This document shows positions 9,684-18,402 of a stretch of 36,127 bases of DNA, in pieces; positions within the stretch are counted from its first letter, which is position 1; every line of letters begins with the position of its first letter. A program made the position numbers and the translations under genes. Source of the stretch: an uncultured Gammaproteobacteria bacterium. Its GTDB lineage: Bacteria > Pseudomonadota > Gammaproteobacteria > UBA4575. The DNA lies in contig CAWUWP010000108.1 of NCBI GenBank assembly GCA_963926275.1, positions 1-36,127 of the forward strand. Direction: 5' to 3'. The notes under the pieces are model-generated. The model saw nothing but the letters and a program-made list of their open reading frames with translations, was not told where the DNA came from and did no database searches.

Positions 9684-11021
9684 TTAACTTGAGTCTTTTG
9701 AGCCAATACCTAAGGAACGCAGTTTTCGATATAGGTGCGTTCTTTCCATACCCACCAATTCAGCTAGCTTACTGACACTGCCATTAACCCTTTTTAACTG
9801 ATGTAATAAGTATTGTTTTTCAAATGCTTCGCGCGCCTCACGAAGTGGCATATCTAGCAAACTTTCAACATTACTGGCTTTGTTTGATCCCAGGCTAGGC
9901 CGGTTTGAGAGTGCTTGTTTTACATCATCGACGCTAATTTCTTCACTTCCCCCCGTCACCAATAATTCTTGAATGATTGCTCTCAATTCCTCGATATTTC
10001 GCGGCCATTGATAATGCAAAAATGCGTTTTGAGCAGCAATAGAGCACTTTCGATAATTATAGTTATCAGTCGTGCATAAGTTATCAATTATTAGATTGAC
10101 CAACTCAGGAATATCTTCACTATGGCTTCTTAAAGCCGGCACGCTGATACGTGTCATCGCTAATGTTGTTTGTAGATCAACCAATATTGGCACCGCACCC
10201 GAAGATACTGATGCCGCTACTTTTACGTTGAAACGCTTAAACACTTGTACTGCAGAAAGTTGCTGCAATAGATCTATAAATCTTTTTTGTACTACTTGTT
10301 TTATTTGATCGATATTTTCAAAAAATATAGTGCCATCCTGAGCAAGTTTAATTGAATCTATTAACTGCGTTTTAAGTTTAGACCATGTTGATTCATCGAT
10401 TCTTGTCATACCAAATTGTTCATTGCCAACTATCACAAATGGCTTGCCCGCTCGCTCGCTCAATTCATGAATATGCCTAGCAATGGTGTATCGGCCGGCA
10501 CCTACTTCACCCGAAATGAGTAAATTTGTATTAACCTTTGCGCAACGCTCACTAATTTCTAACAATTTTTTCATGACTGCACTTGTGCCAACTGGCGTCA
10601 CAAAATTCTTATTTACATTTCTTGCAAGTGTGTTGATATCTTCTTGCTTATTACGGCTATCTAAAGCTTTCCGAATTGTTTGAATCAGTTTTGCCGTTGT
10701 TAGTGGTTTTTCAACAAAGGCATAAGCACCCAGGCGCGTAGCCTCTACCGCAGTATCAACTGTTCCATGTCCAGACATCATCACCACAGGGCATTGTATA
10801 GTTTTATTTTCTTTCCAATCTTTTAATAAAGTAATGCCATCTTCATCTGGCATCCAGATATCTAATAAAACTAGATCGTACTCAGACTGACAAACCTGTT
10901 GTCGAGCACTTGCCGCAGTTTCTGCCGCACTAACCTGATAACCCTCATCAGTTAATATGTCACTGACCAGACCACAGATATCAGGCTCATCATCAACGAC
11001 GAGTATTCTTTCAGTATTCAT
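9684..11021 (-). CDS. ntrX: NtrX-like response regulator (REC, degenerate AAA+, Fis-type HTH)
   Basis: ILVVDDE, LLDIWMP, MMSGHG, GMERTHLYRKL; overlaps the sensor kinase gene and precedes trkA. Confidence 0.85.
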   Translation of the reverse strand: MNTERILVVDDEPDICGLVSDILTDEGYQVSAAETAASARQQVCQSEYDLVLLDIWMPDEDGITLLKDWKENKTIQCPVVMMSGHGTVDTAVEATRLGAYAFVEKPLTTAKLIQTIRKALDSRNKQEDINTLARNVNKNFVTPVGTSAVMKKLLEISERCAKVNTNLLISGEVGAGRYTIARHIHELSERAGKPFVIVGNEQFGMTRIDESTWSKLKTQLIDSIKLAQDGTIFFENIDQIKQVVQKRFIDLLQQLSAVQVFKRFNVKVAASVSSGAVPILVDLQTTLAMTRISVPALRSHSEDIPELVNLIIDNLCTTDNYNYRKCSIAAQNAFLHYQWPRNIEELRAIIQELLVTGGSEEISVDDVKQALSNRPSLGSNKASNVESLLDMPLREAREAFEKQYLLHQLKRVNGSVSKLAELVGMERTHLYRKLRSLGIGSKDSS

Positions 11022-13231
11022 GTGGTTTCTACTCTCAATTTTTCTTGACCTTTTTTGATACCATAGTCATACAGGGGAAAACGTATATTAATGGCTGCGC
11101 CACCTTGTTTTTGGTTTGTCGCTCTAATTACACCATTATGTTCTTCTATTATTTTTTTAACTATGGCTAACCCCAAGCCATTACCTTTTGGTTTTGTCGT
11201 CATGTAAGGGTCAAAAGCTCGTCCCAATACATCCGTAGGAAACCCGGGTCCATTATCCGCAATTTCGATGCCTGCATACTTAGCGTTTGTGTATTCAAAT
11301 GGGAAGGTATTGATAGTTAAAGTACACTTTTCTCCGTCCGGCATTGACTCAATCGCATTTTTAATTAAATTATGTATTACTTGTCGCAGCCTTACAGAAT
11401 CTCCACGTATACTGAGTGAATTCGTGTCTAAATCTAATTGTATATCCACGCTCTTTCGATCACCTTTATATAACTCAACTGTATCTAACACTAAGCTATT
11501 TATATCTAGCGGGGTCGGCTCCATCGTTGGCATACGCGCATAATCAGAAAAATCATTGACCATCAATTTCATTGATTCCACTTGCTGAACAATGGTGTGA
11601 GTCGCACGATCAACTAATTCAGATTGCTCTGGTGCAAGATTGGGTAGCAACTTTCTACGTAACCTTTCTGCCGATAATTGTATGGGTGTTAATGGATTTT
11701 TAATTTCATGCGCTAAACGTCTTGCCACTTCTCCCCAGGCTGAATCTCTTTGAGCTTGCAGTAATGTTGTCACATCATCAAATACCAAGACACAACCACG
11801 TTGAGATTCTTCTTCACTCGGCAGCTTGACGGTCTTACATAGAATTGTTTTCCTGCCTTGTGGTGTAAAAACCTCCATTTCTACTTGCCACTCTTCTGTT
11901 GTCTCTCTAATTTTACTAGCCACTAATGTGCAGAAGTCCTTGAGGAAGCTATGTGTTATACCTATCTGAACAAATTGCTTACCAATAAATTGACTCATAT
12001 TGATATTGAAAATCTCACTACTCGCAGCATTAATTGTTTTTAATGCAAATGAGCTATCCAAACTCATCACACTGGAAGACAAGTGTTCTAAAATTGTTTG
12101 CAGGTAAGTGCGTTGATTTTCAATGATGCGTTGATTGATGATCGTGGTATCACGAGCAACCGTGAGTCTTTCTGTCATTCTATTAAACGAAACCACCAAC
12201 ATACCTAAATCATCATGTTGTCTAACCGGTAATTTTTTATGGTACTGCCCCGCTGCTACCGCTTTAGTGCCTTCGGCAAGTTCTTGAATAGGTGCGACTA
12301 ACACTCGTGACCAATAGAATGCCGCAAATACAGCAAATAACGCACCTAAAGCCAACACCAACGTCAGCACTAGAATAAAATTCTGTTTGAGTGGTGTACG
12401 CAAATAAATTAATTCATTGTACCGCCCAAATGCGTCTTGAACATTTGCAGCAAGATTACCTATTCGGTCTGAGACTGGGTATAAAAATTGTAGCAACCTA
12501 GTTTCTCCGACCGCTAAATCAGATGGCACAGGATAGACCATTCTGATTTGTAGTCTTGCGTCGCTAGTCGGATCCAGCGTGACATAGCTCTCACCTTGTA
12601 GGACTAGTTGCAACACACTTTCAGCCGGAAGTTGAGGTACTGCCGCACTTGGCTCAGCATTACCCGAAGCAATAATTTGATTATTCGAATCAAACAGTGC
12701 TATTTCCGCAGCACCCGTAGTACCCAGTAAATCATTAATTAGTAGAGTAGCATTAAATGAATCTGCATCAACAAATTCTGTTACCAGTGGTTCTGCTTGT
12801 TGACGCAAGGTTCTTATATGTAAATCTAGTGATGCGCGACTTAGATCAACTGCATCCTGCAAAGCACTTTCTACCTTTACATCAAACCAGCTATCCACTC
12901 CACGCTCTAACAGCCAGATTGAAAAGGTGTAGACAATAAATACTGGCATACTTGCTGTAAGCACAAATAACAAAACTAAACGTAACGTTAATTTTGCACC
13001 AGGTGCTTGGCGTCTTAATCGACCAATTAATCGACTAATGTTATAAACAATTAATGCAATAAACACGACCAGCAACGTAGTATTTATTGGCAATAGCAGA
13101 TTATGTAAGCGTCCAAAGTACGCTACGCTCTGGGTAGCATCCGCCATTAGTAAAATTGCAGCAACTAATGCTGCAAACATAATGGCTAACAACCATCGTT
13201 CCCGTACTAATACTTTTCTTACATCGGCCAT
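11018..13231 (-). CDS. ntrY: NtrY-like sensor histidine kinase (TM, HAMP, PAS, HisKA, HATPase)
   Basis: AWGEVARRLAHEIKNPLTPIQLSAERL, NLIKNA, DNGPG, GNGLGLAIVKKIIEEH, N-terminal GVDSWFD. Confidence 0.88.
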   Translation of the reverse strand: MADVRKVLVRERWLLAIMFAALVAAILLMADATQSVAYFGRLHNLLLPINTTLLVVFIALIVYNISRLIGRLRRQAPGAKLTLRLVLLFVLTASMPVFIVYTFSIWLLERGVDSWFDVKVESALQDAVDLSRASLDLHIRTLRQQAEPLVTEFVDADSFNATLLINDLLGTTGAAEIALFDSNNQIIASGNAEPSAAVPQLPAESVLQLVLQGESYVTLDPTSDARLQIRMVYPVPSDLAVGETRLLQFLYPVSDRIGNLAANVQDAFGRYNELIYLRTPLKQNFILVLTLVLALGALFAVFAAFYWSRVLVAPIQELAEGTKAVAAGQYHKKLPVRQHDDLGMLVVSFNRMTERLTVARDTTIINQRIIENQRTYLQTILEHLSSSVMSLDSSFALKTINAASSEIFNINMSQFIGKQFVQIGITHSFLKDFCTLVASKIRETTEEWQVEMEVFTPQGRKTILCKTVKLPSEEESQRGCVLVFDDVTTLLQAQRDSAWGEVARRLAHEIKNPLTPIQLSAERLRRKLLPNLAPEQSELVDRATHTIVQQVESMKLMVNDFSDYARMPTMEPTPLDINSLVLDTVELYKGDRKSVDIQLDLDTNSLSIRGDSVRLRQVIHNLIKNAIESMPDGEKCTLTINTFPFEYTNAKYAGIEIADNGPGFPTDVLGRAFDPYMTTKPKGNGLGLAIVKKIIEEHNGVIRATNQKQGGAAINIRFPLYDYGIKKGQEKLRVETT

Positions 13232-13776
13232 TTAATCCATCCACTTGATGGTCGCCAGTCTGTCGACACATAACTTTTTATGCGTAATGGCAAGGGTAGA
13301 TTTTCGGAAACTAATCGTGCTCGTGCTTTGAAATAATAGTCTTGTTCTATATCGAGTAAACCTACATTAGCGAGTTCAACGTTACGTATTTGATGTTGAT
13401 AGTAAAATGCGGAATATAAGTCTGGAAAGCTACGCTCTTTGTGATTTTCCATTTCTATCATTACAAACTGTTTAGATAGTGCATGGTACTTAATCTGAAA
13501 CTCCCTCTGAAAATGGCTAATCAATAGGTCTATCCAATAGATATTTTCTTGTCGTATTTCGACCTCAAATATAAAGGTCATCTCTATTCCATTTCTTAGC
13601 GCCTCTTTAACTCGATCATCTAATTCATAATTAACGTCACAATCGACTCTAATAATTTTCTCGAAGATTTTTGAGGATAAGCCGCTCACCGTAATATTTT
13701 CACCTGCGAGCACAGAAGAAGGGTGCAATACTGATGCAATAATAAATAAGAGTCCGAATGAGAATGGTAGGCGCAT
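13219..13776 (-). CDS. Exported protein, DUF4390 family
   Basis: Signal peptide, EALRNGI, LPLPLR; usual position upstream of ntrY. Confidence 0.8.
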   Translation of the reverse strand: MRLPFSFGLLFIIASVLHPSSVLAGENITVSGLSSKIFEKIIRVDCDVNYELDDRVKEALRNGIEMTFIFEVEIRQENIYWIDLLISHFQREFQIKYHALSKQFVMIEMENHKERSFPDLYSAFYYQHQIRNVELANVGLLDIEQDYYFKARARLVSENLPLPLRIKSYVSTDWRPSSGWIKWPM

Positions 13777-13825
13777 TAAATTTTTATCCTGCCCAAGTTG
13801 TCTCTATCTTGCCAAAATTCATCTC

Positions 13826-13847
13826 TAGTGTCTTAATTAAAACACTA
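13826..13847. promoter_or_regulatory. 22-bp near-perfect palindrome upstream of DUF4390-ntrYX, candidate operator
   Basis: TAGTGT-C-TTAATTAA-A-ACACTA, 10 of 11 symmetric pairs; function is inferred. Confidence 0.4.
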
Positions 13848-13864
13848 AAATCGTCACCATAGTT

Positions 13865-14815
13865 TTAATCGTTGTTTTCGCCAAGCACTTGGTTTTCCAG
13901 GCTATTTGAATTTGAAAAGTCAGTTGCAGATACACACTTACTGCCTTCCGGCACCAGTTCACAAATTATCAGTGTTTTCTCACCGGTAGCCACACTAATT
14001 CCTAGCTTGGATATTTCTATAATTGTTCCTGGCGTAGCTTGTTGCGTATTCTCTATCCCCAGGTAAGCTTTTGTAATTCGCAGCCTTCGTCCGTTTAATA
14101 AGCTATAGGTGCCAGGCCAAGGATGAAAGGCTTTCACTTTTCGCAAAATTTGCTCGGCTGACTCACTCCACACAATCAAACCATCACTTTTCTTCAGTTT
14201 TGTGCAATAACTGATGCCACCTGGATCTTGCGGACGTGGTTTATCGGAGCCATCAGCGACAATCTTGATCGCTTCAAGAATGGCCTCACCCCCTAAGTTT
14301 GCTAATTTGTCATGTAAACTTTGTGCCGTATCTTCATTTCCTATATCACACTCAGACTGAAACCATATATCTCCTGCATCCATGGCCCGTTGCATCTGCA
14401 TGATAGTCACACCAGTGACTCTATCTCCCGTTAATATTGCATGCTGGATAGGTGATGCACCTCGCCATTTTGGCAATAGTGACGCATGAACATTGATACA
14501 TCCGAGGCGAGGCAAATCTAGCAGTTGCTGAGAGAATATTTGTCCATAGGCAGCAACTACAATTAAGTCTATTTTCAACTCAGATAGTAAAATTATCTCT
14601 TCGTCATCATTAATATTCTCCGGCTGAATAATTAACACTTTAGACGAAGTTACTGATTTTTTTACAGCACTTTTTGAGATCTTACGGCCTCGACCAGATT
14701 TTCGGTCTGGTTGAGTGAGTACAGCTACTAGCTCATGATCGCTATTTTTAATTGCTTCAAGCGCGGGTACGGCGAATTCAGGCGTTCCGGCATAAGCAAT
14801 GCGTAAACTTTGCAT
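13865..14815 (-). CDS. fmt: Methionyl-tRNA formyltransferase
   Basis: AGTPEFAVP, TQPDR, INVHASLLPKWRGASPIQ, MDAGD. Confidence 0.98.
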   Translation of the reverse strand: MQSLRIAYAGTPEFAVPALEAIKNSDHELVAVLTQPDRKSGRGRKISKSAVKKSVTSSKVLIIQPENINDDEEIILLSELKIDLIVVAAYGQIFSQQLLDLPRLGCINVHASLLPKWRGASPIQHAILTGDRVTGVTIMQMQRAMDAGDIWFQSECDIGNEDTAQSLHDKLANLGGEAILEAIKIVADGSDKPRPQDPGGISYCTKLKKSDGLIVWSESAEQILRKVKAFHPWPGTYSLLNGRRLRITKAYLGIENTQQATPGTIIEISKLGISVATGEKTLIICELVPEGSKCVSATDFSNSNSLENQVLGENND

Positions 14816-14860
14816 AGTGTCTTTAATGTATCGATTGGCCCATAGCTAATAATGCTGGGG

Positions 14861-15397
14861 TTAAATTGCGTTTGATGAGTGGCTAGAATTTGTCAGTTCA
14901 CCTGATTTTTCTAATTTAATCAGCTTTTTCTTAATCCGCTGCCTTTTCAATGGCGATAGGTAGTCTACGAATAACTTACCCTGCAAGTGATCTATTTCAT
15001 GTTGAATACATACGGCTAGCAAATCTTCGGCCTCTAGCTCGAAGGATTCTCCGCTTTCATTAAGCGCTTGTACTTTGACTTTTTCTGCCCGTGTCACGTT
15101 TTCATAAAATCCGGGAACAGACAAGCATCCTTCTTCCATCACTTCTGTACCGTCAGATTCAATAATTTTGGGGTTAATTAAACACAAAGGCTGGTCTTTA
15201 TTTTCAGACACATCAATCACGATTACTTCAAGCTGTATGTTGACCTGAGTCGCGGCTAAGCCTATACCTGGGGCCTGGTACATGGTCTCGAGCATATCCT
15301 TCACCATTTTTCGCACTTGATCGTCCACCTGAGTAACTGGCAACGCCTTAAGTCTTAATCGAGGATCAGGAAAGTGTAATATTTCTAGTAGTGCCAT
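14861..15397 (-). CDS. def: Peptide deformylase
   Basis: [20 protein letters not shown]. Confidence 0.98.
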   Translation of the reverse strand: MALLEILHFPDPRLRLKALPVTQVDDQVRKMVKDMLETMYQAPGIGLAATQVNIQLEVIVIDVSENKDQPLCLINPKIIESDGTEVMEEGCLSVPGFYENVTRAEKVKVQALNESGESFELEAEDLLAVCIQHEIDHLQGKLFVDYLSPLKRQRIKKKLIKLEKSGELTNSSHSSNAI

Positions 15398-15430
15398 TGA
15401 GTTATAAAAGTTGATTAAACAAGTTTCACT

Positions 15431-15459
15431 TTGTTAAATAAATATCTTAGGTCTACAAT
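15431..15459 (+). promoter_or_regulatory. Candidate sigma70 promoter for the LysM/tsaP gene
   Basis: TTGTTA-17 nt-TACAAT, 44 nt upstream of ATG 15504. Confidence 0.4.
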
Positions 15460-15503
15460 TCAGATCTTATTAACGCTAATATTTTAAACCATCGTAAAGT
15501 CCA

Positions 15504-16686
15504 ATGCGCAAAAATCTTAATAAAATTTATAAATTATCTCCCTTTATACTAGGCCTATTGCTTATATCTCAAGGATGTAGCACCACACTTAAAGAAACAG
15601 ACACCTCAGGTACGGCTGAAGCATGGTAGAGGAATCCATGGCTATGGAAGACGATACATCCTCTTCCACGGTGTACGAAGTGGATAATGCTGATGTGGAT
15701 ATCGAAGACTTACCGACCCCACCACAGAGTACTCAAGCAACATTAAAAACTTCTGCCCCTGAGCGATACTTTGTGGGATTTGTCTAGTAAATTCCTCAAT
15801 CAGCCTTGGTATTGGCCAGAAATATGGTACATGAACCCACAGGTACAAAATCCTCATTTAATCTATCCTGGGGATGTAATTAACGTATTTTATGTCGGTG
15901 GACAACCTTATTTAACCATTAATGGCGATAATAGAGTGTCCAGTATCGAGCGACTCTCGCCGATAATGCGAGGAGAACCAATTGAAGCAACTCGACAGGT
16001 CATTCCTATTCAGGCAATTGAGCAATTTTTAACTCGACCGTTAGTGGTTAGCTTGGATGAACTAGAGGCATCTCCCCATATCATCGCATCAAGAGGCGGT
16101 AGACTAATCTATGGATCTAACGACCTAGTCTATGTCAGAGACGCAGCAGAGTTATCACTAGATAGTTCCTACAACGTCTATAGGCCTGGAGATGTTTTCA
16201 AGGACCCTATTACCGATGAGTTGTTAGGTTATGAAGCCATTCATGTTGGTGATGGTAAAATTGTTAAAGAAGGCGAACCTGCCTCATTGTATCTAACTGA
16301 CTCAAGTAGAGAGATATTGCGTGGAGATCGAATACTTGTCGCTGATACTATCGATGGCGACAGCACATTTTATCCTCACCCTCCAGAACAAGGGCTATGT
16401 CATTTATTTATACGATGCGATTTCACAAGTCGGTACTTATCAAGTGATTGCAGTCAATCTTGGCAAAAATCAAGGCATTGAAAAAGGCCACTTATTAGCT
16501 ATTAGTCGAGCTGGCGAGATAGTCACTGATCCTTATGCAAAAGAAGGTCAAGAAGAGACAGTTACTCTACCCAATGACCATACTGCAGATGCCCTTGTTT
16601 ATCGCGTGTTCGATAACTTAAGTTACTTGTTTGTTCTGGACGCTAATCGCCCAGTTAGAAACGGTGATATTGTCACTGCTCGTTAG
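15504..16686 (+). pseudogene. tsaP: LysM-domain TsaP-like lipoprotein broken by three frameshifts
   Basis: Four joined segments: MRKNLNKIYKLSPFILGLLLISQGC (lipobox-like), stop at 15627; acidic linker to LKTSAPERY in another frame; DTLWDLSSKFLNQPWYWPEIW...NPHLIYPGD LysM; C-terminal KGYVIYLYDAISQVG...NLG. Sits between def and dprA. Confidence 0.8.
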
Positions 16687-16744
16687 CTATCCAAAAATAT
16701 TGTTAGCTATATTGTGCGTTTGACACTATCGCAAAAAGGCTAGC

Positions 16745-16782
16745 TAAGTAAGCTCTTCGGTTAATTCAGGGGAGCTTACTTA
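16745..16782 (+). promoter_or_regulatory. Hairpin occluding the dprA Shine-Dalgarno sequence
   Basis: TAAGTAAGCTC-TTC, 10-nt loop, GGG-GAGCTTACTTA; ends 2 nt before ATG 16785. Confidence 0.6.
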
Positions 16783-16784
16783 CC

Positions 16785-17878
16785 ATGATTGAAACCGAAG
16801 ATTGGCTTAAACTCTGGCATATCCCAGGGATTGGCCCAAAGACATTCAGCTATTTACTCAGTAAAATTTCATCACCCAGCGTTATATTAGATACTGGCTA
16901 TAGCGAGCTAGTTGAACAAGGAGTGCCTGAAAAGGTGGCTAACGCCATTACTAATCATCGTTCAAATAGCTATCTCGAGGATATTCGCTGGCTCAACTCT
17001 AGCCCTAAACATCATATTGTCTTAATCTCACAGTCATCTTATCCAAATTTACTCAGGCAAATATATCTGCCCCCACCTATTTTGTACGCGAGCGGAAATT
17101 TAGCGCTGCTAAATACCCCCGCAAGCATCGCGATTGTCGGAGGCAGAAAAGCAAGCTCACTGGGGAAATCTTTAGCCTATAATTTCTCATCCCAGCTAGC
17201 CTCATCAAATATTTCCATAGTGAGTGGATTAGCACGCGGTATTGATAAAAAAGTCCATCAGGGCGCATTGAGCTCAAATCTTGCTAGTACTATCGCTGTT
17301 CTTGGTAATGGTTTAGACACTATTTATCCACGCGAACATCGTACTTTAACCGCTGATATTGAATCCAAAGGCTTATTGCTGTCAGAATTCTCTATTGGCT
17401 ACAACCTCTACCTCAACATTTTCCTAGACGAAACAGAATCATCAGTGGCCTATGCCACGGCACTGTAGTGATTGAAGCCGCAGTTAAAAGTGGGTCTCTG
17501 ATTACAGCTAGATATGCCCTTGAGCAGGGGAGAGAGGTTTTTGCCGTCCCTGGGCCGATTAATAATCCACTTAATGGCGGGTGCCATGACTTAATTCAGC
17601 AAGGAGCAAAGCTGACGACCTGCATTGAAGATATATTTTCAGAACTTCCCACCCTATCACCCTCTATTGCTGTTAACTCATCCTGTACAAATAATCAGCC
17701 GCCATTGAGTGATGAATCTAATATATTGCTCGCTTGCCTCGAGTACACCCCAATAACGATTGAGTTGCTTATTGAAAAAAGTGGATTGACCCCAGAACAA
17801 GTTTCCTCCATGCTAATGAAGCTAGAAATTGGCGGCCGAGTAACCTCAGACGCCTTTGGACACTATATTCGCGCATAG
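16785..17878 (+). pseudogene. dprA: DNA-processing protein DprA/Smf, frameshifted near 17400
   Basis: YPNLLRQI..PPPILY, IVSGLARGID, AVLGNGLD, LLSEF. The -1 frame resumes QPLPQHFPRRNRIISGL...VIEAAVKSGSLITARYALEQGREVFAVPG. Could also be a sequencing indel. Confidence 0.85.
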
Positions 17879-17893
17879 CAACGGATTTGAACC

Positions 17894-18367
17894 ATGAAAG
17901 AAAATGTTCTTGACGTCTTAACCTACATGTTTGAAAGCTACTTTGAAGAAGCTGACGCCATGTTCAATCGTGAGGCGTTACTTGAAGAGTTAGTTGAAGT
18001 TGGATTTGATCACGGTGATGTTGAAAAGGCTTTTAATTGGCTGGCCGACTTACCCACCTCAAATGACGACCTGCAGCTATCATCACCTGGGAGTACATCT
18101 ACCCGGGTCTATAATCCGTGGGAACTGAAAAAAATAGATCTAGATTGCCAAGGCTACTTATTAGAGCTAGAGCAGATGGGCATACTCACTGCCGCTAGTC
18201 GTGAACTTGTTATTGATAGAGTGATGGCATTAGAAGCGGATGAAATTAATATTGAACAACTTCGATGGGTCTGTCTTATCGTGTTGTATAACCTTTCCGG
18301 TACGGATGTGCCCTATAATTGGTTGGAAGACGTAATTATGGATTTATCCTCATCTCACATTCATTAA
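17894..18367 (+). CDS. smg: Smg / DUF494 protein
   Basis: MKENVLDVLTYMFE, AFNWL, RELVIDRVMAL; between dprA and topA. Confidence 0.92.
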   Translation: MKENVLDVLTYMFESYFEEADAMFNREALLEELVEVGFDHGDVEKAFNWLADLPTSNDDLQLSSPGSTSTRVYNPWELKKIDLDCQGYLLELEQMGILTAASRELVIDRVMALEADEINIEQLRWVCLIVLYNLSGTDVPYNWLEDVIMDLSSSHIH

Positions 18368-18402
18368 AGTACCAACCACTTTTATACTTCTGTAGTTTCT
18401 AA

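Noticed and set aside
16715-16733. TGCGT...TCGCA resembling a CRP-S competence site upstream of dprA
   Set aside because: Spacer is 9 nt rather than the required 6 nt
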